Assembly: GCA_965219415.1 (NCBI GenBank) | Contig: OZ244742.1 | Location: 832,001 to 896,000 of the forward strand | From: Candidatus Marinacidobacterales bacterium | GTDB lineage: Bacteria; Acidobacteriota; Vicinamibacteria; Marinacidobacterales; DATDRI01 | Direction of reading: 5' to 3' | Length of the DNA: 64,000 nt | Part shown: in pieces, positions 40,647 to 49,966 of the stretch | Numbering within the stretch: the first letter of the stretch is position 1 | Layout: each line of letters starts with the position of its first letter | Position numbers and translations under genes: made by a program | The notes under the pieces: model-generated | Databases searched by the model: none | The model's input: the letters and a program-made list of their open reading frames with translations, nothing else | What the model was told of the DNA's origin: nothing

Positions 40647-42030
40647 GGGTTTACGCGGATTCGTGTGGGTAAGTTCTGACGGAAAAACAGTGTAACTCAT
40701 TGTGTGGAAAAGGTATCGAGTACTTCATCAGGTGCTGAAAAGTGGTCCATTTTTAGGATAGGCTAGCCGAGTGAAAAATTCCCAGTCGATCCGCTCGCTG
40801 TTTGCGCTGCCAGGTTTCGTGGTTGGTGCCGGATTGAAGGGTCTATTCGGTGACCGATACGCCCGCGTCATCCAGCTCAAGAGGCGAAAAAAACAGCTGT
40901 GTGCTCTTACTGTGGGCAACGGTGCCGGGGGCGCTATGACAAGCAAGTGTGCCGGGTCCGCGACCTGTCGTTGGCAGGCTGGCGGATCTATCTGGAATAC
41001 GAGCGTTGGCGCGTCAACTGTTCTGGGTGCGGCGGTGTGCATGTAGAACACCTAGACTGGCTGGCGAACAACTCGCGCTACACCCAGCGTTTTGCGACGC
41101 ATGTGGGCAAGCTGTGCCGGGATATGCCGAACAAGGCGGTGGCCGAGATGGAACGTCTGCACCACGGTACGGTGAAGGCTCTGGATACGCTCTACATGCA
41201 AGAGCAGGTCGACCGGGCGGGGCTACCGGCGCCTCGGGCCATCGGTGTCGATGAGATCTCCATCCGCAAGGGACATAACTATCGCGTCATTGTCAGCGAC
41301 CTGGAGCGGGCGCGTCCCATCTGGGTGGGCGGTGAGGGTCGCAAAGAAACCGACATCGATTTGTTCTTCAAGGCGCCGGGCGGAAAGAAAAGCGCCCGTA
41401 TCAAGCTGGCCGCCATGGATACGTGGAAGCCCTTCCGGAACTCGGTGATTCACAACGCGCCTAATGCGCGGATCATCTTCGACAAGTTTCATATCATGCG
41501 TCATCTGTCAAAGGCCTTCGATGAGGTCCGGCGCGGTGAGTACAAACGCCTCAGCGGCAAGGACCGGTCGTACATCAAGGGGCAGCGTTACACTTTGCTT
41601 TCCCGGCGGGAGAACCTGAGCCTAGACGGTCGCCGCGCACTCAAAAAGTTGCTCCAGGCCAACCGGCGCCTGAACACCGCCTATATTTTGAAGGAGGTCT
41701 TCGGGCAACTCTGGGATTACCGCACCGAACGCGGCGCTCGCGCCTTTTTCACTCGTTGGAAAGACAGCCTCAAATGGCAACGCCTGCATCCGTACCAGAA
41801 GTTCGCCGGTATGATTGAGTCCCATTGGGATGGTATCGCCTCCTACTGTCATCCGGAGAACAAAGTCAGTCTCGGCCTAGTTGAAGGGGTCAACAACAAA
41901 ATCCGTGTTCTGCAACGACGCGCCTACGGCTATCGCGACGAGGAATATCTCAAGCTGAAGATCGTGGCGACTTTCCTTCCGCCATTACCCAGAAATGCAG
42001 TTTTCAACCCACACGAATCCGCGTAGACCC
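40647..42030 (+). mobile_element. ISL3-family insertion sequence, 1384 bp, 8-bp TSD
   Basis: TIRs GGGT(T/C)TACGCGGATTCGTGTGGGT; TSD TATAATAT at 40639-46 and 42031-38. Confidence 0.95.
40771..42026 (+). CDS. ISL3 transposase, needs a -1 shift at an A7 run (40887-93)
   Basis: orfA ..IQLKRRKK continues in -1 frame as TAVCSYCG..; IGVDE, DKFH, EGVNNKI..RRAYGYR motifs. Confidence 0.9.
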
Positions 42031-42044
42031 TATAATATTAGATC

Positions 42045-43592
42045 ATGCATGTGCTGACAGCTTCCGAAATGCGTGAGGCGGATCGCCGCACCATCGAAGA
42101 GATCGGCATACCCGGCCGCGCTCTCATGGAGAGTGCCGGGCAGGCGGTGGTAAGGACGCTCGAGCGAACGCTGCCCGATCTTCGCTCGCGAAGAGTCGCG
42201 GTGCTATGCGGAAAAGGCAACAACGGAGGCGACGGGCTAGTGGTTTTGAGATATTTGGCGACCCACGGCATCGCCGCCCGCGCTTGGGTCCTCTGCAGAT
42301 TCGAGGAGTTGAAAGGCGATGCGAAAGCCAATCTTGAAGCCGCTCAGAAACTCGGTCTCTCCGTCGAGGCCGTTCCCAACGAGTCGAAATGGCACGCCGT
42401 CCTCCCCCAGGTCGCTCACTCCGAACTCGTCGTCGACGCTTTGTTGGGAACCGGTTTGGCCAGTGCTGCACGCGGCCTGCTCCAAACAGCGATCCATGAC
42501 CTCAACGGGATTCCCGCCTTCACGGTATCGGTGGATGTGCCTTCCGGCCTCTCTTCGGATACAGGAGAGGTGCCCGGCGAGACGATCGGAGCCGACCTCA
42601 CCGTAGCCCTGGCGGCCCCGAAGGTCTGCCACATACTTCCTCCCGCTTGTACACGCGCGGGTCGGCTCGAGGTGGTGGACATCGGAATCCCGGAACCCGT
42701 TCTGGAAAGCGTCGGCAGTCGTCTTCAAACCATCGAGGCCGAGTCTTTGACACCCTTCCTGCCCAAACGAAGGCCCGATGCGCACAAAGGTGACTTCGGC
42801 CACCTCTTGATTGTCGGTGGATCGGTAGGCAAACCTGGAGCTCCAACCATGGCGGCGAATGCCGCACTCCGTTCAGGGGTAGGCCTGGTGACCGTGGCGT
42901 CGGCGCGCGGAGCGCTGCCCCTGATGGCGCCCGCTCTACCGGAATCCATGTGGGAGCCTCTCGCGGAAACCAGCGACGGTGCCATCTCCCAAGCTGCCTA
43001 CCCGCGGCTGCAAGAATTGTTGGAGGGTAAGACCGCACTGGCGATCGGTCCCGGGCTCGGTCGCCATCCAGAAACCATCGCCTTGGTGAAGAAGTTGGTG
43101 CAAGAAACGAAGCTCCCCATGGTGATCGACGCGGATGGCCTCAACGCTTTCGAAGGAGAGGTAGCCTCTATTCCACCGAACAGACCTGTCGGTCTCACTC
43201 CGCATCTCGGCGAAGCCGCCCGGTTACTCGGATGCGCAGCGAGCGACATTCAAACGAACCGGCTCGAGTCAGCGCGCAAGCTCTCATCGCTGACGAAGGC
43301 ATTCGTCGTGCTCAAGGGTCATCGCAGTCTCATTTCGGACCCCGCCGGCCAGGTTCACATCAATCTGACCGGGAACCCCGGGATGGCAACTGGGGGCACC
43401 GGAGATGTACTGACCGGTATCGTGGGAGCACTTCTCTCGAGACTACCGACCGGCGAGGCCCTGCGCCTCGGTGTCTTCCTGCACGGCCTTGCCGGCGATC
43501 TCGCGGCTGGAGAAACAGGGGAAACGTCTCTCATCGCAACCGATTTGATTCGCAAGCTGCCGAACGCCATTCGCAGCTTGGAGGACGATTGA
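42045..43592 (+). CDS. nnr: Bifunctional NAD(P)H-hydrate epimerase/dehydratase
   Basis: LMESAG, GKGNNGGDG, DALLGTG, HKGDFG, DADGLN, TPH.GE, GMATGGTGDVL. Confidence 0.95.
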   Translation: MHVLTASEMREADRRTIEEIGIPGRALMESAGQAVVRTLERTLPDLRSRRVAVLCGKGNNGGDGLVVLRYLATHGIAARAWVLCRFEELKGDAKANLEAAQKLGLSVEAVPNESKWHAVLPQVAHSELVVDALLGTGLASAARGLLQTAIHDLNGIPAFTVSVDVPSGLSSDTGEVPGETIGADLTVALAAPKVCHILPPACTRAGRLEVVDIGIPEPVLESVGSRLQTIEAESLTPFLPKRRPDAHKGDFGHLLIVGGSVGKPGAPTMAANAALRSGVGLVTVASARGALPLMAPALPESMWEPLAETSDGAISQAAYPRLQELLEGKTALAIGPGLGRHPETIALVKKLVQETKLPMVIDADGLNAFEGEVASIPPNRPVGLTPHLGEAARLLGCAASDIQTNRLESARKLSSLTKAFVVLKGHRSLISDPAGQVHINLTGNPGMATGGTGDVLTGIVGALLSRLPTGEALRLGVFLHGLAGDLAAGETGETSLIATDLIRKLPNAIRSLEDD

Positions 43593-44071
43593 AGGCTTCA
43601 TCCGCCTCGAAGGAGACTGTCCATTGCAGCGGGTCGCCCGAGGCGACCATCGCTCTCGGGAAGTCGCTCGCAGAACTTCATCCCGACGGAGCTTGTTTTT
43701 ATCTCGACGGGGATCTCGGCGCCGGGAAAACACTGCTCGCCAAGGGAATCGCGGCCGGCTACGGAGTGGAGCCCGACCGCGTGGTCAGCCCGACATTCGC
43801 CTTGGTAAACCGGTACAGCGGCGGAAGTCGCGTCGTATATCACGTCGACCTCTACCGTATTGAAAACGAACGTGAGCTCGAAGAGCTGGGACTCGAAGAG
43901 CTGGAAGAGGAAGTAGAAGGACGGGGTGCGGCGATGGTGGTAGAGTGGCCCGGCAAACTCGACGAGCTGGGGCGCGGTTCTAGCACTGCCGCGGTGCGGA
44001 TCCACTTGCAAGTGTTGGACGAACAAACACGCGAGATTAGGGTCTCCGAAGCCAAAGCGAGAGGAGCGTGA
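43589..44071 (+). CDS. tsaE: tRNA t6A biosynthesis ATPase TsaE
   Basis: GDLGAGKT, SPTF, HVDLYR, VEW; TTG overlaps the nnr stop. Confidence 0.95.
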   Translation: MKASSASKETVHCSGSPEATIALGKSLAELHPDGACFYLDGDLGAGKTLLAKGIAAGYGVEPDRVVSPTFALVNRYSGGSRVVYHVDLYRIENERELEELGLEELEEEVEGRGAAMVVEWPGKLDELGRGSSTAAVRIHLQVLDEQTREIRVSEAKARGA

Positions 44072-44072
44072 A

Positions 44073-44975
44073 GTGAAAGAGTTGAGAGGCATCATCGCAC
44101 CTATCCCGACCGCTTTCGATGACGACGAAGCTTTGGCGCTCGATCGCATGGCCGACAACATCAAGCGCTGGAGCGAGACCAGGCTCGCCGGTTTCGCGGT
44201 GCTCGGCTCGACCGGTGAGTTCGTTTACCTAACCGAAGAAGAGAAAAAGAGGGTGCTGGGACGAGCCCGACAAGAAATCGGGAGCAACAAGATCATGTTG
44301 GCGGGGACAGGCTGCGAGTCGACGCGCCAAACCGTTGCGCTTACACGTTGGGCGGGAGAGACGGGGGTAGACCTCGCAATGGTCATCACGCCCGCCTACT
44401 ACAAACGTGCGATGACCTCAGACGCGTTGCGAGCCCACTATTTGGAGGTCGCGGAACAGAGTCCGATACCGGTCGTGCTCTACAACGTGCCCATCTTTAC
44501 GATGCTTAACATGGGTGCCGAATTGGCGGTGGAGCTCGCCTCCCACCCGAACATCGTGGGGATGAAAGACAGCGCGGGAGACATGCTCCAACTACAGGAG
44601 ATCTGTCGCCTCGCCCCACCAGAGTTTTCGGTCTTGACCGGTTCGGGTAGCCTTCTGCTGGCCGCGTTGACCGTGGGCGCACGGGGCGCGATCCTCGCGG
44701 TGGCCAACATCGCCTACGATCTCGCGATCGATCTCATGGAGTCTTTCGAACGCGGAGACTTAGAGCGTGCGCGCAAGCTCCAGCACGCGCTAGTGCCAGT
44801 CCACCAGGCCTTGGCGATCGATTTCGGCATTGCGGGCCTCAAATTCCTCCTCGATCAAATCGGCTTTTACGGGGGCCCTCCGCGAACACCACTTCGCCGC
44901 CCGAAGCAGGACGCCCAACAGAAACTCGTCGAGATCCATTCGAGGGCGGCGAAGGTGGAAGTGAGCCGTTCATGA
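44073..44975 (+). CDS. DapA/NAL-family class I aldolase
   Basis: GSTGEF, YNVP, GMKDS Schiff-base Lys. Confidence 0.9.
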   Translation: MKELRGIIAPIPTAFDDDEALALDRMADNIKRWSETRLAGFAVLGSTGEFVYLTEEEKKRVLGRARQEIGSNKIMLAGTGCESTRQTVALTRWAGETGVDLAMVITPAYYKRAMTSDALRAHYLEVAEQSPIPVVLYNVPIFTMLNMGAELAVELASHPNIVGMKDSAGDMLQLQEICRLAPPEFSVLTGSGSLLLAALTVGARGAILAVANIAYDLAIDLMESFERGDLERARKLQHALVPVHQALAIDFGIAGLKFLLDQIGFYGGPPRTPLRRPKQDAQQKLVEIHSRAAKVEVSRS

Positions 44976-46420
44976 GATGTTGGGGGGCGACCCTCTTGGT
45001 CGCTCAACTTCTCGCTCTAGCCGGCTGTCGGAGTGAGCCTGACGATGTCGAGCCGGTAGCGACCAACGCCGGCGTCAACGTATTGCTCCTCACCATTGAT
45101 ACGCTTCGCGCCGATCACCTGAGCTCCTACGGTTACCCTCGGCAGACGAGCCCGGCGATCGACGGCTTGGCGGCCCGTGGCGTCCTCTTCGACAACGCAT
45201 TTACCTACTGGCCGAAGACGCGTGGCAGCTTTGCGGCGATGTTCACATCACTCTATGCCGCGCAGAACGGTCTCACCGTACGCGACCGCGATTTGCCGGA
45301 TTACAACCAAACCCTAGCCGAGGTGTTGAAAGACGCCGGGTACTCGACGGCCGCCGCCGTGGACAATGGCAACCTAGACCGCGCACTAGGCTTTGCTCAA
45401 GGATTCGACCGCTACCAACAGGTCTGGCTCACCGGGGGGGCCGAGGTGGAAAAAACCGAGGAGCTCACGAGCTTCGCAGTCGACTTCTTTGCGAGCTACG
45501 AAGAGACGAAACCGTTTTTCCTCTGGATCCATTTTGTGAACCCCCACACTCCTTACGACCCACCGGAGGATTTCCTGAACGCCTTCCGGGACGATGAGGT
45601 CGTCCCCCGCGGACCGGAACTAGAACCGGTGGTTGGCTACCACGGAGGCGTCAACCGCCGTCTCTTCGTTCCCGGTGAGACACGCTGGGGCGATTACGTC
45701 GACCGTTACGACGCCGAGATCGCCTTCGCCGATCGTCATGTCGGGCGCGTCCTGGATGCTCTCGAGGAGAGTAGCCAACACAACTCCACGCTCGTCGTCT
45801 TCACTTCGGATCACGGTGAGAGTCTTGGCGAGCACGATTACTTCTTCGATCACGGCCACGATCTCTTCGATCCGTCGCTGCGCGTTCCTCTGATCCTCTC
45901 CTTCCCGGGGATTCTTCCTCAAGGCGAGATTGTTCAAGCCGCCGTCTCGACCTTGGACATCTTTCCCAGCGTATTGGATCTCGCGCAAGTAACTTTTCCG
46001 CCTGGTTTGCAGGGCCGATCACTCCTAACGTTGGTGCGGCGCAGCCAGGATCGCTTGCACGACCGACTCTTCCTTCAGAACGATAGGCACCAGGTGGGAA
46101 TTTCCAACGGCCGCCTGAAACTGATCCTCTACCCAGAAACGCCGGAGACAAAGAGTCGCTACGAGCTCTTCGATACGTGGCGCGATCCGGACGAGCTGAT
46201 AAACCGCTACGTTGACTCAGAGGATGCGGTCGCTCCACTTCAGGCAGAGCTCGGGAGTTTTCAGATTCGAACGGTAGCCTGGCAACAGGAGACCGATCGC
46301 AATCGCGGTGGTGCTCCTGCGCGACAAGATGAGGAGCTGTCACAAGAAACACGTCGGAACCTAGAGGCGCTCGGCTATTTGGGAACGAGCAGCAAGAAAA
46401 AGGGGACGGAAGAAAACTAG
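44972..46420 (+). CDS. Sulfatase-like (alkaline phosphatase superfamily) lipoprotein
   Basis: Lipobox LAGC, IDTLRAD, PHTPY, SDHGE, C-terminal LEALGY; no C/SxPxR motif. Confidence 0.85.
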   Translation: MRCWGATLLVAQLLALAGCRSEPDDVEPVATNAGVNVLLLTIDTLRADHLSSYGYPRQTSPAIDGLAARGVLFDNAFTYWPKTRGSFAAMFTSLYAAQNGLTVRDRDLPDYNQTLAEVLKDAGYSTAAAVDNGNLDRALGFAQGFDRYQQVWLTGGAEVEKTEELTSFAVDFFASYEETKPFFLWIHFVNPHTPYDPPEDFLNAFRDDEVVPRGPELEPVVGYHGGVNRRLFVPGETRWGDYVDRYDAEIAFADRHVGRVLDALEESSQHNSTLVVFTSDHGESLGEHDYFFDHGHDLFDPSLRVPLILSFPGILPQGEIVQAAVSTLDIFPSVLDLAQVTFPPGLQGRSLLTLVRRSQDRLHDRLFLQNDRHQVGISNGRLKLILYPETPETKSRYELFDTWRDPDELINRYVDSEDAVAPLQAELGSFQIRTVAWQQETDRNRGGAPARQDEELSQETRRNLEALGYLGTSSKKKGTEEN

Positions 46421-46559
46421 GCTCGGCCTAGCCCCTACACAAAGACCCGAATAAGCTTCGAGATTCGCCGGCCGTCCCACAAGATGGGGAACCTGGAAAC
46501 TGTGTACCGGTAGCGGTAACGATACTCACCTTGAACAAGAGCTCGGGGAGACCTGGCGC

Positions 46560-47100
46560 GAGCGCGTCTGGCACGACGTGAAGCCGGTGGCCGCGTCTCA
46601 ACTCCGTCCGGAAAGAGTAGAAACGACGGCTTCGGTTCACGGACCCGGGTTCAGGGGCTAAACTACTCTTTCCGGACGGAGTACTTTCGGCGCCTGACAT
46701 ACGGTGTTCACTTGCCGGCGTCTGTCGCGACCTCGGAAGCTTCCGGATGGAGGGCGCGACATCCGGCTTCGGCGCAATCTCCGCCACCAGCACCAGAAGC
46801 TCGCGCTTGGTCTTGTGGGTTGCTCGAGCCAAGAGCTCCTCGCAATTGGCGTCGGTAAGATGCGGCGCCAGCGCCGCGATGCCGCTCAAGTGAAGACGCC
46901 CATCGTCGAGCATCGTCAGCAGCACCGGATGTCGGCGCGACGCCCGTGCGGCGGCTATCCGTAGGTAGGCTTCTGCCTCGGATAAGTGCAACACGTCAGT
47001 GGCGTATTTAAACATCGATGACGAAGCTTCTCGGGCATACAGTCGCCGCCCGTCCACTTTGGCAATATGTGCGACCAACTCTGACTCGACACGCCATGAC
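46560..47100 (-). pseudogene. Remnant of a DUF222/HNH-associated mobile-type gene
   Basis: ESELVAHIA.VD.RRLYAREA.SSMF.Y...VLHLSEAEAYLRI.AARASR..P.L..ML.DGRLHLSGI segment; both ends degenerate; no HNH domain. Confidence 0.65.
46601..46682. repeat. Perfect 20-bp inverted repeat, 42-bp spacer
   Basis: ACTCCGTCCGGAAAGAGTAG (46601-20) and CTACTCTTTCCGGACGGAGT (46663-82). Confidence 0.9.
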
Positions 47101-47291
47101 GCCACAATCCCTATCCCGAAGCCCTCGGCCCCCGGTGGCGATCTTCGTTGTGCACGACCGCCTCGGAGTTGACGCATGGGAGCACGGTTGGTGAAGGCGT
47201 CCAGGCGCTGGGCCGCTGAGGAGGATACTCGGGGACAGGCCGAAGCGAGAAAAAAGGGGAAGCCGAAAACTAGGCCGGGGGCAACAAACGC

Positions 47292-48884
47292 CTACACCGA
47301 GATCTGAACTAGCTTCGGAGCCTCGACACCTTTACATACTCGGCAGGTCTCGTTCTCGAGTACGTCGTTCCACATCTGTTCTCGCATGTGACGCCATCCG
47401 GGACCGTTCCAAATCTCCTCGATGGTTTGCTTCTTGATGTCCCCTACCGACAACCGGCCCTCGTAGTCGGTGCAGCATACCGTGACCCGACCGTCCCATA
47501 AGATGACGAACTGCTCGTTCGGTGCGGGGCAATAGCCATCCACTGTCTTTCGGACTTCCTCCGGTTGGATGATATTGCCCCAGGTATGGAGGCGCTTCCA
47601 GATGAGGTCCACTCCCGGCAACAAGGTGTACCGGCCAGTGTCCTCGTCATGGTCGAGGAAACGGAAGCCCCCCTGAACGGAGTCCATGTTGTGCGATGTG
47701 GGCGGCAAGCCGTACTTTCTCTCGAGCGAACGGGCAAACGCTATCCACTCGAGTAGAACGCGGCTGGCGCGGGTCTCCTCGTTGACGATTTGGATCTCGG
47801 AGGAGCCGGCGGTGTTCATGACATCGATCTCGAGATAGGTGGACGCGGAGAGCGCCACCTTGCGCTCCACTGCCATCCGAACCTTTTCCATGTAAATATC
47901 GAACGTCAGATTCTTATTGATTACCTTCCGTGTCTTGAAGGACTCTTCATCCGGTGTCTGGTAGCTCAGAATGAAATTCGTCAGACCGGCCTGGTAGAGT
48001 CCGTCCACTAGTTCCGAGGTCAGCAAGCTGCAATTAGTATTGAGCTCGATGGGAATACCTTGCGACTCCGCATAGGCAACGATCTCGACCAGCTTCGGAT
48101 GAAGCGTCGGCTCGCCCATTTGGTGTAGTTTGACTGGATAGAGTGGCCCGATTCTTTGCTTCTCCTTCGCGATCATGTCGAAGATGCGACGCGCTTCCTC
48201 GAAATCCATCATTCCGCGTTTGCGGTCCATGATTTCGTCTGGGCAGAACGTGCAGTGGAAGTTGCAAACGTTGGTGAGCTCCACGAAGAGCCACCAGATG
48301 GGGTAGACCCGATGGGGCGACTTGCGTAGCGAAGGAAGCGGCGCCTGAACGGAGAACACCGTGGCGTCTTCGGGCAGCTCGGGTGACACCGCAACCCTCG
48401 ACACGTGGAAGTCTTGCCTTAGCTCAAGCCGGAAGCTCGCGTCCAGGTTCTGAGGACGGTCCGCGTCAAAATCTTCAACGACGAAAAGGCACTTCCTCCA
48501 TGTCGGCTCAGCCGTTTCCTCACCTGTCCAAAACTGCTCGGCTTCTTTGTATAGCCCGTCGTACGGTGCGGACCGATCCGTCGAGCTGTACTGCAGCCTA
48601 AACGTTCCGGATGACTTCCCGTAGTATTCGATCTCTATGACCAGACGTTCTGCCAGCTTGTCCCTCAACTTCGGCGCCAACTGGAGGTACAAGTACTGAG
48701 AATGCCGCTCCGGAGTGGCACCTAAGCGGTCGGAGAGCTTGACCAGCTCGTATCTGCCGTCGCCCTCGTTGGCAAGCCCAAGCGAGCCGTCGGCGCTCTT
48801 GGGGCCCGCCTCGACAGACACAACCGTTCGGGCATCGGACTTCCGCCCTAGCAGCGCGCCAACTCGTTCAAATACAGTAGCCAT
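47292..48884 (-). CDS. Radical SAM protein with SPASM/Twitch domain and N-terminal beta-sandwich domain
   Basis: CNFHCTFC, GEPTLHP, C-terminal C..P...DG.V..CC.D...GD...IW...CRVC. Confidence 0.9.
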   Translation of the reverse strand: MATVFERVGALLGRKSDARTVVSVEAGPKSADGSLGLANEGDGRYELVKLSDRLGATPERHSQYLYLQLAPKLRDKLAERLVIEIEYYGKSSGTFRLQYSSTDRSAPYDGLYKEAEQFWTGEETAEPTWRKCLFVVEDFDADRPQNLDASFRLELRQDFHVSRVAVSPELPEDATVFSVQAPLPSLRKSPHRVYPIWWLFVELTNVCNFHCTFCPDEIMDRKRGMMDFEEARRIFDMIAKEKQRIGPLYPVKLHQMGEPTLHPKLVEIVAYAESQGIPIELNTNCSLLTSELVDGLYQAGLTNFILSYQTPDEESFKTRKVINKNLTFDIYMEKVRMAVERKVALSASTYLEIDVMNTAGSSEIQIVNEETRASRVLLEWIAFARSLERKYGLPPTSHNMDSVQGGFRFLDHDEDTGRYTLLPGVDLIWKRLHTWGNIIQPEEVRKTVDGYCPAPNEQFVILWDGRVTVCCTDYEGRLSVGDIKKQTIEEIWNGPGWRHMREQMWNDVLENETCRVCKGVEAPKLVQISV

Positions 48885-48922
48885 ACGGTTGATAGCGAGT
48901 ATATATCACCCCGTCGATCGCC

Positions 48923-49951
48923 TCAACGAGCCTCACCCATCTCTAAACCAGGCGGAAACGATTTGGCGATTTCCTCGATCCAGGGCTCGATCTGAGTGTA
49001 AACGACGTTTTGAACGATAAACTTGTAGACAAAGCTCTTGTCGTCACGCACGAAGTAGAAGGTCCTTTCCAAGTAGCTGGCGAGTTGAGTCTCGGTACCG
49101 TAGAGATTGGAAATACCTTTTCCGCCCGCCACCTGCTCGTGACGAACCAAACGGTAGTTGTCCCCCAAGGTGTCGGTCCGTTCCGTGTAAAAAGCCTCCA
49201 AAGTGGTTCCCGGGGAAAGAGTGTTCACGCTGACTTCGAGCGTCGCGTGGATGCCTCTAGCCAAAGCCGGGCTGCGGAAACCAACGTAAAAGGATTTGCC
49301 AGGATCCCCTAGAGATTTCGTCCTATGCCAGGAACGAGGATGGCGAAACTGCAACGATAGCTCCGGCCGCGAGTAGACTCCGAAAAACGGTTCCCGCTCA
49401 ACCGAAAATTGATTCCACATCGCGTCCAGAACCGAACTGTAGGACGCAACTGTCCCCGCTTCGCCGTGGGCGTAGATGCCGTACAGTATTCCCTCGATCG
49501 GGGTCAACATGAGACGTGACTGCTCGGCACCATCCTGAGACGAGAAGTACCAACTCTTACCGGCGAAACCGTGCAAAGAATAGCCGCGCGCGAGGGACAC
49601 CTCTTGTCCTTCCACGTACCGTTCCGCGATCTCTTCCACAGTTCGCCCGCTCGGTATTGGGCCGGTCATGACCTGCACGCGGATTCCCGGCCGCTCGGGC
49701 ACATCGACTGAGGGCCCGGTGAAGATCTGCATCTTGAATCCAGCCTGGGAACCGACCTCCGTGCTCCAACCGGCGGGGATAGGTATGGATATCGACAACA
49801 GAGGACTGTAGACGGTGACGAGTGTTTGGGAAACACCGGCGCACGTCGAAAGCGAGGCGGTCGCCACCACCGCGATAACAAACCAAGAACGGAACGACGC
49901 AACCACTTGGGGGTTTCTCAGGATAATTTCTCTAAGGTGAGGAGTTCTCAC
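48923..49951 (-). CDS. Exported hypothetical protein with two PsbP-like repeats
   Basis: Hydrophobic N-terminus with Cys; duplicated xSI/F.xPxxW ... F modules; start uncertain. Confidence 0.6.
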   Translation of the reverse strand: MRTPHLREIILRNPQVVASFRSWFVIAVVATASLSTCAGVSQTLVTVYSPLLSISIPIPAGWSTEVGSQAGFKMQIFTGPSVDVPERPGIRVQVMTGPIPSGRTVEEIAERYVEGQEVSLARGYSLHGFAGKSWYFSSQDGAEQSRLMLTPIEGILYGIYAHGEAGTVASYSSVLDAMWNQFSVEREPFFGVYSRPELSLQFRHPRSWHRTKSLGDPGKSFYVGFRSPALARGIHATLEVSVNTLSPGTTLEAFYTERTDTLGDNYRLVRHEQVAGGKGISNLYGTETQLASYLERTFYFVRDDKSFVYKFIVQNVVYTQIEPWIEEIAKSFPPGLEMGEAR

Positions 49952-49966
49952 CGTGAGGCTCTTGTC

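Noticed and set aside
43232-43588. N-terminal extension of tsaE in the ORF track
   Set aside because: Overlaps nnr; the coupled TTG at 43589 with RBS GGAGG gives normal TsaE length.
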